From Oculina patagonica (Eukaryota): a stretch of 64,000 nucleotides of DNA. Below the pieces are notes generated by a model, which was not told where the DNA came from, ran no database searches, and saw nothing but the letters and a program-made list of their open reading frames with translations. This document shows positions 36,892-49,570 of this stretch, one piece after another (position 1 is the stretch's first letter; each line of letters opens with the position of its first letter). Made by a program: the position numbers and the translations under genes. The DNA is taken from positions 992,001 through 1,056,000 of the forward strand of contig NC_135759.1 of NCBI RefSeq assembly GCF_052425735.1, in the 5' to 3' direction.

Positions 36892-39800
36892 ATGGATGAT
36901 CTCAAAATACACGAGTCAAGAAACAAGGGCATCAAACATAAAAAATCAAACGCCGACCATGTTGAAATGGAAGAATTGAAGTCCTTCGCTCAGGAAACAA
37001 CTCTACACGGTGCCAGGTTTTTGTTCGCTGACAACTTTTTCAGAAGAGTGGTTTGGGCTTTTGCAGTTGTAGCAAGCCTCGGTTACTGCGGCTATCAAGT
37101 TAGCATCTGTGTGACCGCATTTAATGAACGGCCCTTCAACACAAAAATAACAACAAACATCAGTTCAGATGGTAGCGAGCTTACATTCCCTGCTGTAACA
37201 ATTTGTAATCTCAATGCCTTCAACGCGCGAAGATACAGGCAATTATTTTCGGATCCTTCTAACAGAGGGATAATCGAAAAGAAACTTGAAGACATTTCTC
37301 TTATGTCAAAAAGGTCGAAAGAGATATTAAACGAAGACTTCAAAAAACGCAATCCAGAACTTTTCGCTCGCATAAAAACGACCAAAGAATTAAACAAATA
37401 CCAAGGGATGCTGAGTCATCAGTTAGAAGAAATGATTTTACCAAGTAGCTCGCAGTTCGAATCATGCTCTATCAATGGAAAACACTGCGACGCAAATAAC
37501 TTTACCAGCTACCTAAGCCCTATGTTTGGAAAGTGCTTCACGTTTAATTCTGCAGAAGGCAACAATTCACCGTTATTTGCTACGTTGGCCGGTCAAAACA
37601 GTGGTTTGAAGATTCGACTGAATATTGAAAGGGATGGCTATCTGCCAAATACTCTTATCCCCTTTGCAGGGCTTGCAATTCTGATACACGATCAAAAAAC
37701 ATTTCCTATTGTGGAAGAGTTTGGCATCAAAATTCAACCAGGCGTATCTACCCTTTGTGCAATAAAAAGAAAAAAGGTAAGTGCAGAAAAGGTTTGATAA
37801 TACATGCTTCCATTTAGTCTATCCATGCATTTCCATACATACTTGCATCCATCCATCCATCCATCCAACCAGCAAGACAGCCAGCCAGCAAGCCAGCAAG
37901 GCAGGCAGCAGGCAGGCAGGCAGTGAAGCAGGCAAAAAGATTCAGAGCTTACCAGCAAGCCAGTCTCTAAGTCAGCCAGCTTGCCGGCCACATATATGTT
38001 GATCAACCCAGCTCGCCAGTGAGTCTAGTACCAGCCATGCTTGACAAAGGTACTTGGGTTGTTTGTATATTTGCTTTACTGTTATGAAATCACTTTTTTG
38101 TAGATAATAAACTTGGAACATCCATATGCAACCAACTGCACAAGAAGATCCCTTGATGTGTTCAACAGCGACTCTTACACGGCTTATACTAAAGCAGCTT
38201 GCCTGTTGAAATGTCGGAATGACTACACTATTAAAACCTGCGGCTGTACTCCACCTAAATTTAAAGGTGTGAACTTGATTTAATCGAGGAAAGTGTGATA
38301 TTAATCTTTCACACCGAGTCAAACGTTCAGGCAATTAGTGGTCAGACACTAGAATACCTTGGCCCGCCTTTTCTCGGAAAGAAACCCCTGTCTTGCCTGG
38401 AAAATTAAACGCATTTAGCTATAATTCGTTAATTGTACAGTATTTTAATACGCATGGTAAATTTTGATGCAATATGCTCCCAAAAGAATCCCGGCAAAAC
38501 TCCTTGAAAAATTGTATAAAATCATTGTTAGGAAAAATCTTCTGGAAGTCAGACTCATAGCGTGAGTAACTACTTAGATAAAAGTTATCTTGTAGGTCTT
38601 TCATTTTTATTTTGTTTATTATGGTGTAAAGGTTGGATGTTACTTTAAAGTCTGTGGATAAACCCTAGTATAGGAGTATCGCATTGAGAGATATAGGGCA
38701 AGGTGGTTCTTACTTCGAAATCTCGAAATCATCCTGAAGCTCTACGACAGAGCAACATTTAAGCGAAGTCTTGTAGCAATTCTGAACTTTGAATTTTGCT
38801 TAGGGCTGATGTCACGGGATCGAAGATAAAGATTGGGTTTTTATTTTATGTTTTATGAAAGCTAAAATTAACCATTGTTTTCACTTGTTATAGCCGACGA
38901 CTCAATTCCCATCTGTGCACCGAATGACACAGTGCTCTGTGTTTACCGATCATATGGTATGTCAATCTATTCCTTAATAAACTGTGAAACGTTAAAACCG
39001 ACGCAAAGCTTAATGAAAGCGACCATAACTGAGAAATCATAACTAAAGTAATTAACGTTATGAACCTAAAGGAAATCAGCCAAACGAGAATGACTTTCCG
39101 GATTACTTATACAGCAGGTTTCCCCTGATTGGTTGAAAAACATGCCACGATTTGTGAACAATTATTTCTCCTTTTGAATTTGCAATTGATGGATGTCTGT
39201 TTGATCAGTTTTGCTTAATACATGTCCATGTTTTAAGTCAGTACTCTGAATTGCCCGCTTTTTATTAATTATTAATTTGTCTTCAGACGATTCACATTTT
39301 TCATTTTTAACTTTAACTTACAACCTCGCCTTTTGAACTAAAATAATACTTCCGTTTTTTACTATTCAATTCTCCCAAGTCTAACTTAACGAATCATACA
39401 CTTGCAGAAGAGTTTGGCGCCTCGAGCAAGAAGAATGAATGCGAGAAGGACTGTCCAGAGCCCTGTGAGCAAGTGGAATACAAGACTTCCTTCTCTTATA
39501 GTGGACTGCAGAGGGAAGCTTTTATTGAACCTCTTCTGTCTTTTCTTAACGGCACTGAGAAATTACCAGTTGATAGAGAGATCTATAAACCACTGTTGAA
39601 CATGACGAGAGCTGAGAGGGAGAAATACATAGAGTAAGTGTTTCTTGGTTGTTTTGATTTAACCGAACCCGCTTAAAATCAGGTAGAAGCGACTAGTCCC
39701 TCAGGGTGGAATGCTAAGTCGAACAAGCATTAGCAAATCTACCAAGTCAACTATAGTTGTATTTTCTTGTGTTTCATAGGTTGTTTCTTTGTTCTGTAAA

Positions 39801-40773
39801 TCATTAAAGAGAAAGTAACAGTAAAACCTCTTCCGAGCCTAATAGCACATTACAGCTTGTTCCTCAGGATAGGCTGGTTTACAAACATGTAATTCTAGAT
39901 CCATGTTGTACTTTTCCGCAGCGACAACATTGTTTCCTTGGACATCTACTTTGAAGATCTAAGCTACGACATCATTGAGCAGACTCCTTTGTATGAGATC
40001 TGGGCACTGATTGGTTAGTACTGCAATTGTTTCATTTGTTCATCCTTTTAACATGTCAAAGGGCAGAATGAAAGGTAACTTTTCTAATTGGCTGTATTGT
40101 CCTTATTGCGAAGTCCTTTTGTCTTGTTCGTAAAAGCGTCTTTCCCAGCACATATTTTATCCATGGTTGATTTCAGGCTTAATTTCTTACTTGAAAGAAA
40201 CTTTAAATAATAATAATTGACTTTAAATAGTAATAAATGACTAAAGTGCATGGGAAATATAGACAAGATAAAGATGACTAAGACAGCTCATCGACAGGTT
40301 TTGGACACGTTTTTGCGTGCATTTGGCAAAAATGATCTCTACTAACATTTTAATTAAGCTCTTGTCGTGTTGAGCGAATAGATTGCTTAATGGGGAGATA
40401 TCTCAGTTGAACCACCCTTCTGGCGGCCGGTTTGGAGAAAAAGAAGACAATAACGCTACCCCTCCCCCCTAAGCAACTTTGAATGACTGCGAACAACGGC
40501 ATTTAAAAATCTAGGTCAACCTTTTTCCAAAAATGTACCATGCATGACTTAGACTTTTTGACTATGACTTTTTTATTAGTCACTTTTTGTCCGTTTGTGT
40601 ATATTAGAACTAATTTGTTCTCTTTTCCATCAGGAAACTTGGGAGGAACTTTTGGCCTTTTCCTGGGAATGAGTCTTCTGACTGTTCTCGAGTTCCTGGA
40701 CTTTATCTGCAGGAAGATCTCTCATTTGTGTCATTATAACCGGAAAGCAAGAACCGTTAATGTAGAGAACTGA
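36892..40773 (+). CDS. DEG/ENaC channel subunit copy 6, intact, ~522 aa
   Basis: join(36892-37776,38104-38266,38894-38956,39408-39633,39922-40013,40634-40773) = 1569 nt in frame, all motifs present. Confidence 0.93.
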
Positions 40774-41535
40774 ATATCTCAGAGTTTACTGAAATTGCTC
40801 ATACCAGAAACTCATAAAGTGGTTGAAACGTGTAACGCGTGTTCACAGCGTCTGAATATTCAGTTTTGCTAAGTATCATATTTGGCAACATGAAGAGTTT
40901 GTACGCGAATGCTTTACACACGTTTTGATACACGAAACAACATTTTTGGTCTCGTGGTGGGCAACTTGCATTCCGAAATAAACGACCGACGTAAATTTCT
41001 TACACTGAGAGACTAAAGAAATTCATTTAAGTGTATCCAAGTGAAGTTCTCCAGGCTACTTAACGACGATAAAGCAGGGGAGTTACACCAAATTCAACTT
41101 TATTCAAACAAGTTTGTTCAAAAACAAGATTACGCGCGCCATCGAGCGCGAGCGCTGTAAATTTATTTTTGATTGATTAGTGTTTTCTCCTGATTTTCCA
41201 AATATGGTACTTAATGGAACGAATGTGCAAAAGCGTTGTACAATGCAAATCATAGGTAGTTACACGTTTTAACCCTTATTGGTTTCTGCTCATACGCAGA
41301 GCACACTTTGTGTACAGAAAAAATATATATTTCAGCCTCGTGTATTTGGCCATTGCATAAAACAAGATGTGTTTGTCTAACTACATTGCATACTATCTTG
41401 AAAAAATTGGCGACGCGATGGAATTTGTCAATTATCGAATGCTGTTGAAACAAAATAAACTTATTACACTGATTAGAGCACTCTATAAAATGTCCCTGTC
41501 CTCAGGTGAAGAGGATGGATAATATTTATTGTAAA

Positions 41536-41900
41536 AGGGACACTGTCACCAGTCTCCCTTAAAAATCTCAAGAGCCTAAAGACATATGTAATCTACGAAT
41601 AGAAGTCCAATTTTTGTTAAAAATTACCATGAAAGTACAACAAGCGATAAACAAGTGATATTATTGTGATGCCATCATGAACTTTAAATCTCAACTTAAA
41701 AAAGTCAGGCTTTTTTCAGGTTTCATCCTTTTTGACTAAAAAAACACCTGAAAATTATTATGGCTCCCTTTTTCCTTAAAAAACAATTTACTTTATATCA
41801 AAATTTTGATGTACTAGGTGCATTTCATGTACGAGAAGGCCTATTCACCAATTTTAGTTCTTTTTACCGAAAACATTAAAATCCTTGTGACAGTGTCCCT
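41536..41900. mobile_element. Paralog of the Kolobok-like MITE at 27154-27521
   Basis: AGGGACACTGTCAC...GTGACAGTGTCCCT perfect 14-bp TIR; TTAA flanks decayed. Confidence 0.8.
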
Positions 41901-43342
41901 TTAGCACGGTTAAATTATCAGCTTTTTAAAAAACTACTACACATAATCCTACATTAATATTAAAAATTCTCATTATAAGCTATTTAAAGAAGAAGCTGCT
42001 TTCTACGAATGCCGTGTCTTTACTTGTTTAAATAAACCTTTAGGTTGTCCAAAGGACTCGGCTTGTCTTTCGTTGGAAGGGAGATTCCATAAGATTGCGC
42101 CGCTATAGGTAATAGTTTGTGCGCGGAAGATTTTCGCACCTTTATAGAGCAAAGCGTGCGTGATTTGGTGCCACTTATGGGTTATTCAGTTTCAAATGTA
42201 AATATTGTTGTTTTAGAGTCCATTTTATTTTAATTAAATGCACACTTTTGAAAGTCGTTTTAAGGATCCTTGGTTTTAATTAAGAGCTTTATTTTAATTT
42301 CGTTCCTGAAGGCTAGATCAAATAGTTTGCAGGTTAGTTAAAACAAAGATCAGCCCAAAACAAAGACAAACGAAGTGATATTTGATAAACTGAAAAAAGT
42401 AAGCTTTTAGTGCATATGTCAAAAGGATTAACTGTACGTTTTTAAATTTGGAGTTGCCAGGGAGTCGTACTGAAGCATTGGAATTATAAAAAAAAAGTGA
42501 AAGGGGAAGCTCGGGGAAGACTGCGACGATCACGATTTGAATGATTTGAATGTTGCTCGTGCGAAGAGTTTTTTTTTTTAAAAACAGAGTTCTCATAATT
42601 ATAAACACTGATAGTAAAATAATAAAACACAATAATAAAACATAATGAAGCATCGCTCCTGACTTGAGTAAAGTGGGTGACATGACTTCAACTTGGCATT
42701 ATTATTATTGCACGCACAGGTTTATTGTTTTTCAATATTAGATATTGTGAAATGAAGGAGCTCCTCGTAAAAATGATTTCGTCAAATAAATCCGATGTAA
42801 AAAGATATATGAAATGCCTCAAATGCAACAACGGCCCGGGAAACTAAAAAAACACACACAAAAAGATCATAAGTAAGAATATTACAAACACGGTGTTGTT
42901 TCTATAATCTCGAGCCAAAATACACAAACGCTTTTAACGGTAATGCACAAGAAATTATAAAAATTGTTCACCGGTATTTGCATTTCTATATCTGAAAGTA
43001 AACAAAAGCAATTAAGCTAAACTGTTTTAAACGAATTTATTTTTAAAAACAAGTTTCTTTTCTACATTTTATTAGATTCAAGACAAAAAACTACCCCAAG
43101 ATTATGGGTTTCATTTAACGAAAACGAACGAGAAATTTTACCACTTTTTACTATAAACAATTTTATGACGTTACCATAACATCATTACCATAGAGGAGAT
43201 CACTAAAAACGAGACATCTGGTAATTTACAATCAGTTAGATATCGAAGACAGCGCCCGTGTCGCCGTGGATTGAAAGGTCTACCATTTCTAAAACGTTTT
43301 TGGAAAATCACAAAATCAAGCACCGCTCTCGCCTAATTAATC

Positions 43343-46300
43343 ATGCAAGAAGATAAATTACAGGGTGAACAACAGCAAAGTGCTGGGATGAATGATCCAA
43401 ACGTACACGAACCAAGAACCAAAGGAATCAAAGATAAAGAATCCGATTCCGACCACTTAACAATGCAAGGAATAAGCTCCTTCGCACAGGAAACAACTCT
43501 ACACGGTGCTAAGTTTTTGTTCGCTGACAGCTTTTTCAGAAGACTGTTTTGGACTTTGGCAATGGTCGCGTGCCTCGGTTACTGCAGTTATCAAGTTAGC
43601 ATCTGTGTGATTGCATTTAAAAAGCGGCCCTTTAACACGAAAATAGCATCTCACATCAGTGCTGATGGTAACGAGCTTACCTTCCCTGCTGTAACACTGT
43701 GTAATCTCAATGCCTTCAACGCTCGAAGATACAGGCGATTATTTTCGAGACCTTCTAACATAGAGAAAATCGAAAGGAAGCTTGAAGACATTTCTCTATT
43801 GTCAAGAAGGTCTAAAGAGATTTTAAACGAAGACTTCAAAAAACGCAATCCAGAGCTGTTTGCTCGCCTGAAAACGACCAACGATTTAAACAAATACCAA
43901 GGGCTGCTGAGTCATCAGTTAGAAGAGATGTTTTTACCAAGTAGCTCGCAGTTCGAATCATGCTCCATCAATGGAAAACACTGCGACGCAAATAACTTTA
44001 CCAGCTACCTAAGCTCCATATTTGGAAAGTGCTTCACGTTTAATTCTGCAGAAGGCGACAATTCACTGTTATTTGCTACGTTGGCCGGTCAAAACAGTGG
44101 TTTGAAGATTCGACTGAATATTGAAAGAGATGGCTATCTGCCAAATACTGTAATCCCCTTTGTAGGGCTTGCAATTCTGATACACGATCAAAAAACATTT
44201 CCTATCGTGGAAGAGTTTGGCATCAAAATTCAACCAGGCGTATCTACCCTTTGTGCCATAAAAAGAAGAAAGGTAACGAGTGCAGAAAGCTTTGATAATA
44301 CAGTGAATATGCGCGACTAGGAACCCAACATTTAAGAACCTGTTAGGCTAAAAATGGCAAATAAAATTCCTCTATTTGTTAGAAACTATTAAGCCTTAGA
44401 TTTGGAAAAAAGTTCTTTTTCTTCTAAAACTGATTTAAAATGTTTACTTTGTGAAATAAGTTTGGACAAATCATTACTCTGTATATGAAAATTAAGGTTA
44501 AAAGCTGTTGAAAATATGACCTAACGTTTTCGATCATGATCAATTTGATCATCATCAGAGTGAAAATTTGCATCAAGCTGGGTGTTTTTATAGTTTAGGC
44601 TTTATCCGGTACGTAATGCCAGTTTCCATTGGGAACAAGGTTAGGTCAAATGATTGGACTAAATGTTTGTTAAGTTCAGGATGGAAACGTGCGATGTAAA
44701 CGCTTTTTTTATTCTCCTTTTTATCCATGAATTAGTGGTGGTTAGAACGTCCCACGAGAACTTGTGAATTGAGTGATTTTAAATGTGTTTAGCTGGCTTC
44801 GACTGCCCATTAACATCTGAATGCTCGTTGACACGAACCTCCAGATTGTGTGTGCTGTTTCGCCAATATATGTTTGTCCACAAATACATGTGCCTTTCTA
44901 AATGACGTGAGACGGATGAATGTTTTTGTCTTTTGGTTTGAAATTTGATTTAATCTTGCGCGTTTGCCAAATGATAAAGAAGTTGAAATTCCATTTGGAG
45001 TATGTTTTTAGTTTCTTTATGTATCAGTATATTTTACTTTCCACTTCATTTTTGCTGCAGAATGGTCTGACAGATTCCGATTTTAGTACTTTCATCAAAC
45101 CAATGGACAGGAATTATTGTCTCCACACCTCTTGAGTTTTCAAACTCATAAATATCTTGATTTACAAATTTAGCAGGATATCTAGATTTGATGAACGATT
45201 GTTTGATGACTTTAACTTAACTTCTTCTTTCCAATTAGTGGCTATTCGTTTTGCGAGATGTGAGGCTCCTAGAATGCTAAAATCTACATCTACATTTATT
45301 AAGTTGATAACATCGTTTAAGACATCACATCAACTATAAAAAAAAAGTACAAAATAAAAACAAAATGCCAAATGATAAAAATGAAGCGAAGAGTAAAAGA
45401 TTCATAAAGAAACAGTAAGCACATACATCAAATAGAATTTCAACTTCTTTATCATTTGGCAAACACGCAAGATTGAATCAATTTTTAAACCAAAAGACAA
45501 AAACATTCATCCGTCTCACGTCATTTACAAAGGCACATGTATTTGTGGACAAACATATATTGGCGAAAAAGCACACAACCTGGACTAGGTTCTTGTCAAT
45601 GACCATTCAGATGTTAATGGGGAGTCGGAGGCAGCTAAACACATTAAGAATCACCCAAATCACAAGTTCTCGTGGGACGTTCTAACCACCGCTTATTCAT
45701 GGATGAATAGGAGAATAAAAAAAAGCGTTTTACATCGCAGCCAAGTTACAATCCAGAACTTAACAAACAAGTCCAATCACTTGACCTAACCTTGTTCCCC
45801 ATGGGAACAGGCATTACGTAACGGATTGGGTTGTTTGTATAAGGTTGTTTTACTGTTATCAAATCACTTTCTTGCAGATAATTAACCTGGAACACCCGTA
45901 TGCGACCAACTGCACAAGAAGATCCCTTGATGTGTTCAACAGCCATTCTTACACCGCCTATACGAAAGCAGCTTGTCTGTTGAAATGTCGGAATGACTTC
46001 ACTATCAAAACCTGCGGCTGTACTCCACCTAAATTTAAAGGTATGACTTCGATAAAAAGCTAGTCAATGTCATTTAGGAAAGTGCAAAATAAAAGTGGAC
46101 GCCGTTCTCTAGGACTTAGAAATGTCTGTTAAAATGTAATATTTATCTCTCACAACGAGTCTCATGTCCAGACAATTTGTAGTTATACACCCAAATATCT
46201 TGGCCCTCTTTTCCCGGAAACCCCACTCTTGCCCTGAAATGCGAAATCCAGAATCCTCTAATTGTACAGTATCTTGCAATACATAGTAGTTTATGATGCA

Positions 46301-48607
46301 ATATGGTCTCAAAAGAATTCCTGCAACGCTTCGAGAGGAATTGTTTTAACTCGTGGGTAGGAAAAACCTGCTGGGAGACGAACTCATAGCATGAGTTAGT
46401 CTCTGAATTAAACCTAAATATAACTTTTAATTTTAGATGAAGCTATTAATGAAGTAGTTCTTTTATGTTTTTTTGTTAATTATGCTGTAAAAGTTGGGTT
46501 TAACTTGTAAGTCTGTGGATAATACCTAGTGTTGGACCATTACATTTAAGGTTAAAGGGCAAAGTGGTTCTTTCATCAAAATCTTGAAATCATCCTAAAG
46601 CTCTGCGATAGTGCAACATTTAAGTGAAGTCACTTTGACAATTATTCTTGTAGCAACCCCAAACTTTGAATTTTAGCAGAGCTGATGTCCCGTAATTGAA
46701 GATGTAGCTTGAGTCTTTTTTTATATTATGTTACTAGATGGAAGCTAGAATTGACCATTGTCTTTACTTTTTTATAGCCGACGCTTCAGTTCCGATCTGT
46801 GCGCCGAATGACACAGTTCTCTGTGTTTTCCGATCCTATGGTAAGTCAACCTATTCTTTAATAAAATAAGGGGAGGACGCGTTAAAACGGACACAAATCC
46901 TAATAATAGCAACTATATCTGAACAACTACTGCTGATGAAGAAATTACTATTGTGAACCATAAAGAAATCATCCAAATGATAACGAGTTTACTTTTTACT
47001 TCCAATAGTCGAAAGATATACAGGTTTTCCCTGGCCGGTTAGAAAACACGCCACGATTTTGTAAAGGCCTTCAATTTTAAACAAGTATTGGGCACATATT
47101 TCTCCTTTTGAATTTGATGGATGCTTGATCAGTTCAACATGGCATGTGTAACCTAATGCAGTATATCTTTTCTGTCTCCAGAAGTCACATTTATTATTCT
47201 TACCTCTGCCTTCCAACCCTTTCCTTTTGACTAAAATGATATTTTGCTTTTTTGTTTATTCATATTCCTCACGTTTATCTTATATATAAAATAATTTGCT
47301 ACTGCAGAAGAGTTTGGCACCTCCAGCAAGAGAAAAGAATGCGAGAAGGACTGTCCGGAGCCCTGTGAGCAAGTGGAATACAAGACTTCCTTCTCTTACA
47401 GTGGTCTGCAAAGGGAAGCTTTCATTGAACCTCTTCTGTCTTTTCTCAACGGCACTGAGAAGTTACCAGTTGATCGAGCGATCTATAAACCTCTTTTAAA
47501 CATGACGAGAGCTGAGAGGGAGAAATACATAGAGTAGGTGTTACTTGGCTGTCTTGATTTAACGCCGTTCATAGTGATTAACTTATAGGTCTACAGGTTG
47601 AGAGGTCCGGGTTAGCTAGAGGCTTATACCGTGGTTATTATTTTAGGTTCTTGGGCAAGATGTGTTACTCTCACAGTGCGCATGACTCAAACGGGGACTT
47701 ATTGAAGTAGCGTAACAGTCTTTTGAGGGGGATGCAGGGTTGAGGGGGTGGGGGGGGGGGTGGGGGTAAGACCTGGCATGGACTATTCCCCCATCAGAAG
47801 GGCTATTTGATGCTAGCTGCAGCAGAACAAAAACAGAACCCATGAAACTAGAAAAAGTGCAACTTTACTACTTGTTTTAATATTAATTTTTGTTTGTCCA
47901 TAATTTTGTAAGCATCTTAGGATCTTGGGACAGGGTTTATAATTATACAAACATGTAATTCTGGATTCATGTTGCATTTTTCCGCAGTGACAACATTGTC
48001 TCTTTGGACATCTATTTTGAAGATCTTAGCTATGATATTATTGAGCAGACTCCTTTGTATGAGATCTGGGCACTGATTGGTTAGTATAGTACTGCAATTT
48101 ATATCAAGGAGCAGAAATGAGCAGAAATTTTTCTCACCAAATACAACATGCTGTGATCTATGTATTTCTGTACATTGGTATTATTGTGAAACCCTGCATA
48201 GGACTTGTTGCAAGTTTTGTTTGGTTACCGCGTATTTGCGGCGTTTTGTAGCACAGATATTGTAATCTCGATTAATTTCTTACCTCGTATATAAAGACAA
48301 GCCTCAAAACAATAATTAACTAAGGTGAGAAAACAAGAGGCCAAATTGATGATGATAAAAATTGGGACAGCCCCTGAAATTTGAAAGTTAGGCCCAATTT
48401 TTTTTCAAAATGCGCCATTCATAACTTTGCACGTTTAATTTTCTAATTCTTTTTCTTTTTCCACCAGGAAACTTGGGAGGTACCTTTGGTCTCTTCCTGG
48501 GAATGAGTCTTCTCACTCTTCTTGAGTTCCTGGACTTTATCTCGTGCAGAATTACTTATTTGTTGCTTGGAAAACAAAAACTAACACCCGTTAAAGCGGA
48601 GAACTGA
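43343..48607 (+). CDS. DEG/ENaC channel subunit copy 7, intact, ~537 aa
   Basis: join(43343-44272,45878-46040,46778-46840,47308-47533,47988-48079,48468-48607) = 1614 nt in frame. TM2 GNLGGTFGLFLGMSLLTLLEF. Confidence 0.93.
44301..45825. mobile_element. Left part of the Tc1/pogo MITE plus two oppositely oriented Penelope-like GIY-YIG fragments in intron 1 of copy 7
   Basis: TA|CAGTGAATATGCGCG at 44301. PLE on - (~44490-45280) and on + (~45378-45825: HPSHVIYKGTCICGQTYIGE...AKHIKNHPNHKFSWDVL...PELNKQVQS). Right TIR deleted. Confidence 0.85.
47590..47830 (+). mobile_element. Ancient SINE-like relic in intron 4, homologous in copies 2-8
   Basis: GGTCCGGGTT...GTTCTTGGGCAAGA...ACTCTCACAGTGC...ATGGACTA.TCCC, resembling tRNA-derived SINEs with a TTGGGCAAG core. 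Homologs at ~12550-12790, 18660-18950, 33720-34010 and 55950-56250. Confidence 0.45.
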
Positions 48608-48903
48608 ATATCGTAAATTTAATTCGGATATGTTGTTGCTCATACCCAGAGCAGAATTAGTGCATTGAAGACCATGGCGCTTGCAGTCTTCCATATTTGG
48701 CTATTACATAATGCTGTCATTATCATAACAAAGCTAGAGTGGAAGCAATTGCTGTTTCCCTTGGAGTGTGGAGAATTTGGGATTTTATTATAGATTGTTA
48801 TTCACCTTAAAAGACACTTAAAAAATTCTGGGATTTAAATTGTAGGTTACTGAGAGCCGTTCACTCAAAGTGCGTGCCGTAGTTGTGCTATTACTAAATC
48901 AGT

Positions 48904-49030
48904 AACAATTCGATTATTCGCTCTCGATTTCTAACGTGTGATAGTCAGGATAGTTGATGAGGGCTTCGCCCTCATCAACTATCACACATAGAAGTCGAGA
49001 GCGAATAATCTAATTGTTTTCGTATAAATC
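48904..49030. repeat. ~115-bp palindrome, likely the end of a non-autonomous element
   Basis: AACAATTCGATTATTCGCTCTCGA...GATAGTTGATGAGGGC TTC GCCCTCATCAACTATC...TCGAGAGCGAATAATCTAATTGTT. Confidence 0.85.
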
Positions 49031-49126
49031 TACTAGACGTTCAAAACTTAACAACAAGTCAGGCTCTCGTTCTTATTGAATAATGATATAAATAGGTCAG
49101 GCCACACACGGATAATTGACAACTGC

Positions 49127-49570
49127 ACCACATTGCATTGGATTCTCTGTGCGCGTTTGCATTTCATTCACGATTTATTGAAACCGTTAAAAAAAAGCCA
49201 CGTTTTTTATTGTAAAATGATGATTGAAAGATGTAATGACGTACAAAGGCCCTGGAAGTCAAGTTTTTTTAAAAATTCGAAAACGTTAACGATTAGAAAT
49301 TTCTTTAAAGTTGAACGAGTTGTTCGCAAGAAAGAAACCACATTACATTATTTAGCTTCTGTGTGCGCCTTTGCATTTCATTCACGATTTATTTAAACCG
49401 CCAGTTGCCCTAAATCGAACGAAAAGCCAGGATTTTTATTTTAAAATGACAATTGAAAAATATACTGACTTACAAAGGCCCTTTGGAAGTCAAGTTGTTT
49501 TAAATGTAGGAAACGTGAACGATTAGAAATTTATGAAAAGCTGAACGGGTCGCCCGCAAGGAAAAAAACC
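49127..49570. repeat. Diverged ~210-230-bp tandem repeat (2 units)
   Basis: Units start ACCACATT at 49127 and 49337. Shared blocks TTTGCATTTCATTCACGATTTATT, TACAAAGGCCCT..GGAAGTCAAGTT and AACGATTAGAAATTT. Confidence 0.85.
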
